Assembly (NCBI RefSeq): GCF_001194135.2
Contig: NC_068982.1
Coordinates: 92,565,086 to 92,616,737 of the forward strand
Reading direction: 5' to 3'
Length of the DNA stretch: 51,652 nucleotides
Source: Octopus bimaculoides
Taxonomy: Eukaryota
The position numbers were made by a program, and so were the translations under genes. The notes under the pieces are model-generated. The model was given only the letters and a program-made list of their open reading frames with translations, did not search any database and was not told the DNA's origin. Each line of letters opens with the position of its first letter. Position 1 is the stretch's first letter. This document shows, piece after piece, positions 46,075 through 51,652 of this stretch.

Positions 46075-47560
46075 CCCTCACCACCATCACCATCACCAAC
46101 CCCACCAGTTGGTGGGGCTAATATTTCCAGAAATTATAGACTGTCCTACTTCTTGAAAGTCCTGTGACCACTCACTGAAATGTCCCTGGATGTCTGTATG
46201 AGCACTGAAGACCTCTTTAGCAGAATCAGTGAATGTAACTGTTGGTTGTGTAGTGGGTAGGATGGATGTGATATCATTCTATTGATGTTGATTTTGCTGT
46301 AGAGAAATGTGTGAAGATAATCTGTAAGAGTGAAGTTGAGTTTCATGAGGTAAACACAAGGGAACTGAGCCTCCTCTTAAGATTAACCTATGACAGTGAT
46401 TACTTGGATAACTATAACTTATATAGTTCGTCCCCACTGGCCCAAATGAGGAAGACCACTCACCATCACACTGACAGCATAGAAGAGCATCACAGAATGC
46501 TGGAGTGGCTGGACTATACCCATCCAGGATCCAGAGAACAGTAATCAGGTGTAAAAGATATATTGCACATGCAATAGATGCTTGTATAAGAACTGTTTTG
46601 AACCACTTAGACAAGTTCAGTAAGAAATTATATAGGCAGGTTCAAGGAGCTACCATTGTTGTTGGTGCTGCTGGGGATGTGGCTGGCCTCTTTATAGTCT
46701 GGTGGGACAAAAAATTTAGTCAATTCCTAGATGAACACTTTATAGCTGTAATACTATACTGTAGATATGTAGATGATACCAACATTCTAGTTAGAACAAT
46801 ACCAAGTAGTGATACCGAGGGAGCCAAGAGAAGAATGATAGAGCATTTAGCACATAGTTAAAACTATCCATCAGAGTATCAAAGTAATGATAGGCTACCC
46901 AACTAAGCACCCTAACAAAGACTCCCTGTCCTTAATACTGAACTTTGGTTAGATAGTACAAACAAGGTTCCATGCTTCCATTCCTTTTATATGCAACACA
47001 TAGTTTCCAGGTATGTTATTTACAAGAACTCAACTTTATCACACAAATAATAAGATAAACATACTTATACTGGATTTAGTTAGGATAGTGAATAACATAT
47101 TCCTCTTGAGCAACTCTTGTGAAATATTATAAAGACATGAACAGGTCTTTATGCACCATATGCAGTTCTCTGGCTACAACCAGAGAGATGGTGTCAGAAT
47201 GTACAGGGTGGTGGTTGGGAAGAAGTTAGATGACATCATGGGTAAGGATGCCAGTGGAACATACCCTAGATACCAAGGCAATCATTGGAACAGAATACAG
47301 ACAATTACTGATAATGCAAATGGAATAAACATGTGGTACAACACAAAGATATTTCAAGGGGTAATGGTTTGTAGAGGCCACACCATATGGGGAGTTGGCC
47401 CTTAGGTTCAGGAAGGCTATGAAGGTAGCTAAACTCAACATTAAAGTTGTATAAAACCTAAGAGGTTGAAATCATAGTAATGTAAAACATACCCATTTGA
47501 CAAGACCACATGTACTGATAGGAACTGCATTGCATGTACTTTTAATCCTAGTATTAACTG
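46075..47560 (+). mobile_element. Second degenerate copy of the Penelope-like family seen at 660-2567
   Basis: VVGRMDVIS.., QVQGATIVVGAAGDVAGLFIVWWDKK, YCRYVDDTNI, IGYPTKHPN, then TYPFDKTTCTDRNCIACTFNPSINC; ends in (TA)/(TG)n. Confidence 0.9.
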
Positions 47561-47914
47561 TATATATAAGTGTGTGTGTATGTGTGTGTGTACAGTAATA
47601 CTTCACTTTATGAGGACCCACTTTACAAGACCCCAGGTTTACGAGTTTTATTTTATAATAAATATAAAAAGGTTAAACAGCCATTTTGTGNNNNNNNNNN
47701 NNNNNNNNNNNNNGGGGGGGGGCAATGTTGTAACATGTGGCAACACTGGTTCTGATGCATCTACACAGCAACAGAATAAAATGATGGCATAACATTTAAT
47801 TGCTACTATGGGAAATTATTGCTCTGCTTTACAAGCTTTCACTTTATGAGCGATCTCTGGGAACAATTTAACACATATATTGAGTCATTACTGTATATAT
47901 ATATAACTACAGTG

Positions 47915-48005
47915 AGAGGGGGAGGGGGAGAGGGGGAGAGAGGGAGTGAGAGAGAGAGAGAGTGAGAGAGAGAGAGTGAGAGAGAGAGAGTGAGAGAGAG
48001 AGAAG
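47915..48005. repeat. (GA)n/(GAGT)n purine tract
   Basis: Visible. Confidence 0.9.
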
Positions 48006-49959
48006 AGCATACAGCTTCTTAGAGGAAAGTTTTGCAAAATTATTGCAAACATAATTTAAATAGTGGCACAAGGTTAACAGCTGTACCAACAAAGTAGAAT
48101 TACGTTTCAATTTGCTAGGAAAAGAAGTCTCATGAATAAATAATGGGGCCTTTGATTGTTTAAAATGAAAATCAAACTAATTAATTTCATCTTTCATTAA
48201 AAGCACATCAGATATTTCCTACCTTGCCTTTGCAAGTACAAGTCATAAAGTGGGGACAATTTAATCAACTACACTTTCTACATAAGTTTTTTGACCTTAT
48301 GCCTATTAACATTATATTTCACACCTGAGTTATTAGTTACTTTTTAAGGTATGACGTATATTTTAAAGTATGAAGACTTGAGATATCAATTCTTTTAGTC
48401 TGTATCTCAACTCATTAGACAAGGGGTTGGTGATTTACTTTTCACAGCAACCTTTTTTTTCAATAGTTTCTAAATTTCATGTTCATTTTGTCAATAAAAC
48501 CCTTTGATTATCTTTGAGCTGATATATTTTCTCACACTTATTTTGTTTTTTATAAATTTCTTTCAGAATGTTAACAACATGGCAGCTATATTCTGATGGT
48601 ACATTATTTTTTTGAAAATAAAATTTGAATCAGTCAATGTGAACAAAGTGTTTTGTGTAAACTTAATATTTGAACTGACTCATGCTGTATTAAATGTAAT
48701 AATATTTATGTTTGCATAAACATGAAATGATGAAACTAAGAAGACTTGATTGGCTGTGAAATTTTATCAGGTGTTTTACATCTAATAAAAACAAGATGTC
48801 CACGTAGTCAAAATTGACAGCTTTATATAGTAGCTGGATTTGGATGGTTTAAGTGCTAAATGATTAAATCAATTTAAAAAATGATCTGTAAGTATATGTA
48901 TTGAGTGTCATAGTCAAGTGAACAGTCTGAAGTGATATGGACGTTTGATAGAAATAGATTGTTACAGAAGCTAATTAGAGAAATGTGATTGGTAATGAAA
49001 AAAACTTGGAATGATATAGACAGATTATTTATAGAGCACTAGAACAGACAAAAGAAATAATTATTTATCTCATTGGCTCAAAGTCATTATTTTAATAGGG
49101 AATAGCCTGTTGACAAAACCTGGTGGTAGAGTGAAATGTAAGTTGATCCTAGTGAAATTTGAAATCTGAATATAGAGACACAAGCAGAACCTTGTGTATT
49201 TTAAATTAATTAAAATAAAAATACATGAAGAACTGAGATGATTGGTGATATGTGATACTCAAGCAGACCCACCAGTCATGGTAAAACTGAGATTCTGGAA
49301 GTACAATGTATATATATATGCACAACTTACCCAATTTCCTTCTTAAACCATCCCCACTACCCATTATCTCTCTATTGTTATTCCCTCCAACACCTGCATA
49401 ACTGCAGTATTCTGTTGCAGTAATTAAATATGAGCAGAATTGCTTATTTCATCTTTCTTTCTGATACCACTTATCTTTCTCATTATCCAGAACCATTTCA
49501 GTTGATATCTACCCTTCCTTTTTAATACTGTTTTGCTCCACCCACATTTTACATTGATCACCCTTCTGTACCCCAAATTATTTTGCTTTCTCTACCACTA
49601 TACATCTTTCACTCTCCCCATACACTATGTTCGTCTTTCTACTCACACTCTTGCAATCCACCCAGATATCATCTCCCTCTCATTCTTCCTTTTTTTATTG
49701 TATCATTATTACCATTCTGCTACCCTTTACCTCTTTCTGTACTGTCAATCAGCACCTACTCTCTGTTACCTCCCTCCAACTCATATGTATCACTGACCAC
49801 CCTCTCACTCCTTCTCCGTCATTCACTACACCCACCCTTCATTACAACCCAATTTCTACAGTCCATCATTTATTTTCTATACTTTCTCTCCAATATATAT
49901 TTATCATTTATCCCTCAATACTCGCTCTTTATTCATTATATTCACCGCCTCATCCATTC

Positions 49960-50226
49960 TTGGTTCTGCAAGCTGCATGGTGACCTCACTAGAGCTGGTG
50001 CCATAAAAAAGACCACAAAGTGGTTGGCATTAGAAAGGGCTCCCAACTATAGAAACTATGTCAAAGCAACATTGGAGTATGATGCAGTCCTTGGGTGCAT
50101 TGGATCTTGTCAAACCATCTAACCCATACCAGCATAGAAGTTGGATGCAAAATGATGATGATGATAACGACGATGGTGACGGTGGTGGCGGCGGTGGTGG
50201 TGGTGGTGGTGGTGGTGGTGGTGGTT
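49960..50226 (+). mobile_element. RTE 3' end with (GAT)n/(GGT)n tail
   Basis: TGGTTGGCATTAGAAAGGGC..AAACCATCTAACCCATACCAGCAT..AAATGATGATGAT, then (GGT)n. Confidence 0.8.
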
Positions 50227-51257
50227 GTGACACAGGGGCTTGTTGCTGATAGTATTTGTATCTGATTGAAAGTATAAAGTAATAAAAGTAATATCCTCTC
50301 CATTCAGTGGGTCATTGGAAACCTGGTAAAACTTCCATCCTGTGATTTAAGGGATGGTGAATTGAAGTATTTTCCTATTTCTTTTTCTCAAGCATATAGA
50401 GGTATTTGAGATAAATTCTATGAAACAGATGGATTAATGAATATTTGTGACATTAAACTGAACTTTACATTCACATTTACAGCTGAATGTCTACAAATAA
50501 TTAGTTTTGTAATTAGGTAGAGTGGACTATAGTTGAGTGTACATGTCAGGAACAGGACAACAAAGATTGGTGGAGTATGAACTATTAATCCTTCAGTTCT
50601 TAGACTAACATCCTGTTGGCTGGCTGCAAATCTAATTTAAATTTTAATCAAAAGAATTAATACAAGGATTTGATAAGTATTGAGAACAAACTAGCATACC
50701 AGCTGTTACTTGTCACCTATTTTATAGATAAATCATTAAAATTGTTTCTATAATTTGAAATACAAAAATCAATTGGAAGAAATAGTAAATAGAAATACAG
50801 AGTTGTACTGAACCAACTTCCATGAATTTACTTCTTGCTTTTACAAATGAGGGAACTTCCACATGGTTTTTCAACCTGCTAAAATTAGTAAATCTCTCTC
50901 TGACCACATTCTATCATCTAAAAAGACAAAGGACTCACTGGACAATGCAATCTTTTATCTACAAAAAGATGAAATGTTTAAAGCTGAATGTGTTTGATCA
51001 TTAGTGTACTTGATTAGAGCTGATCTGCAGTTAAAGTACAACTCACAAAAATTTATTCTCACTTTAATATTTCATCAGGGATGGTCAATGGGTTGGAAGA
51101 TTAAGAAAAGACAAAAGGCTTTGTGGTATTTATTTAAGTACATTTTTTTACATTCTGAGCTGAGATCCCATGAAAGTGGAACTTAATATTTCACTCTCCA
51201 AGAGATCAATTATATAAGTATAAATTATATAATGGAGTTGATATAATCTTCAACTTT

Positions 51258-51616
51258 ATTTGTTGTTGGCACTCCGTTGCTTACGACGTCAAGGGTTCCA
51301 GTTGATCCAATCAACGGAACAACCTGCTCATGAAATTAACGTGCAAGTGGCTGAGCACTCCACAGACACGTGTACCCTTAATGTAGTTCTCAAGGATATT
51401 CAGTGTGACATACAGGTACAACAGAAACTGGAAGAAAGAGTGAGAGAAAGTTGTGGTGAAAGAGTACAGCAGGGGTCGCCACCACCCCCTGCTGGAACCT
51501 TGTGGAGCTTTTAGGTGTTTTCGCTCAATAAACACTCACAACGCCCAGTCTGGGAATTGAAACCGTGATCCTATGACCGCGAGTCCGCTGCCCTAACCAC
51601 TGGGCCATTGCGCCTC

Positions 51617-51620
<4 letters not shown>
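51258..51620 (-). mobile_element. Near-intact tRNA-derived SINE (family C)
   Basis: Head GGAGGCGCAATGGCCCAGTGGTTAGGGCAGCGGACTCGCGGTCATAGGATCACGGTTTCAATTCCCAGAC (A and B boxes), body ..GCACGTTAATTTCATGAGCAGG..GGATCAACTGGAACCC.., (AAC)n-like tail. Confidence 0.88.

Positions 51621-51652
<32 letters not shown>

Noticed and set aside
49533-50122. Long plus-strand ORFs (up to 179 aa) in pyrimidine-rich sequence
   Set aside because: Low-complexity repeat similar to 13200-13750 in the opposite orientation, running into an RTE 3' end; no coding signature.
50533-50588. Possible terminal exon IECTCQEQDNKDWWSMNY*
   Set aside because: It is phase-compatible and contains Cys, but the upstream tract is purine-rich with no credible acceptor; RNA evidence is needed.
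51545-51620. tRNA-like sequence on the minus strand
   Set aside because: It lacks a closing acceptor stem and continues into a SINE body; this is a SINE head, not a tRNA gene.

Overview
AT-rich, microsatellite- and transposon-dense eukaryotic genomic DNA with several N gaps. It is most likely from an octopod cephalopod; this is inferred from the tRNA-derived SINE, RTE and Dong/R4 repeat types and was not database-verified. Two host genes can be read from splice signals. (1) On the minus strand, the first coding exon of a delphilin/GRID2IP-like PDZ gene (CDS 5119-4756). (2) On the plus strand, an unrecognised gene for a secreted Cys/His-rich protein, absent as a whole from the ORF track because its exons are short. 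It has a signal-peptide exon (37517-37583) and three symmetric phase-1 exons (39741-39848, 42713-42826, 45054-45179), each encoding one C..G..W..C.x4.C module of VWC/FnI/beta-microseminoprotein-like appearance. A candidate TATA/Inr promoter and short first exon lie at about 34270-34326, and the 3' end was not found. The two genes point away from each other. The rest is decayed mobile DNA: Penelope-like elements of several types, RTE and CR1/L2-like LINEs, two Dong/R4 families in different microsatellites, an internally deleted Gypsy-like LTR element with both LTRs and its TSD, Helitron and Tc1/mariner remnants, hAT and mariner MITEs, foldback hairpins and many SINEs. No rRNA, bona fide tRNA or CRISPR array is supported. 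Most repeat boundaries are approximate (tens of bp); exon, LTR and TIR boundaries were read base by base.
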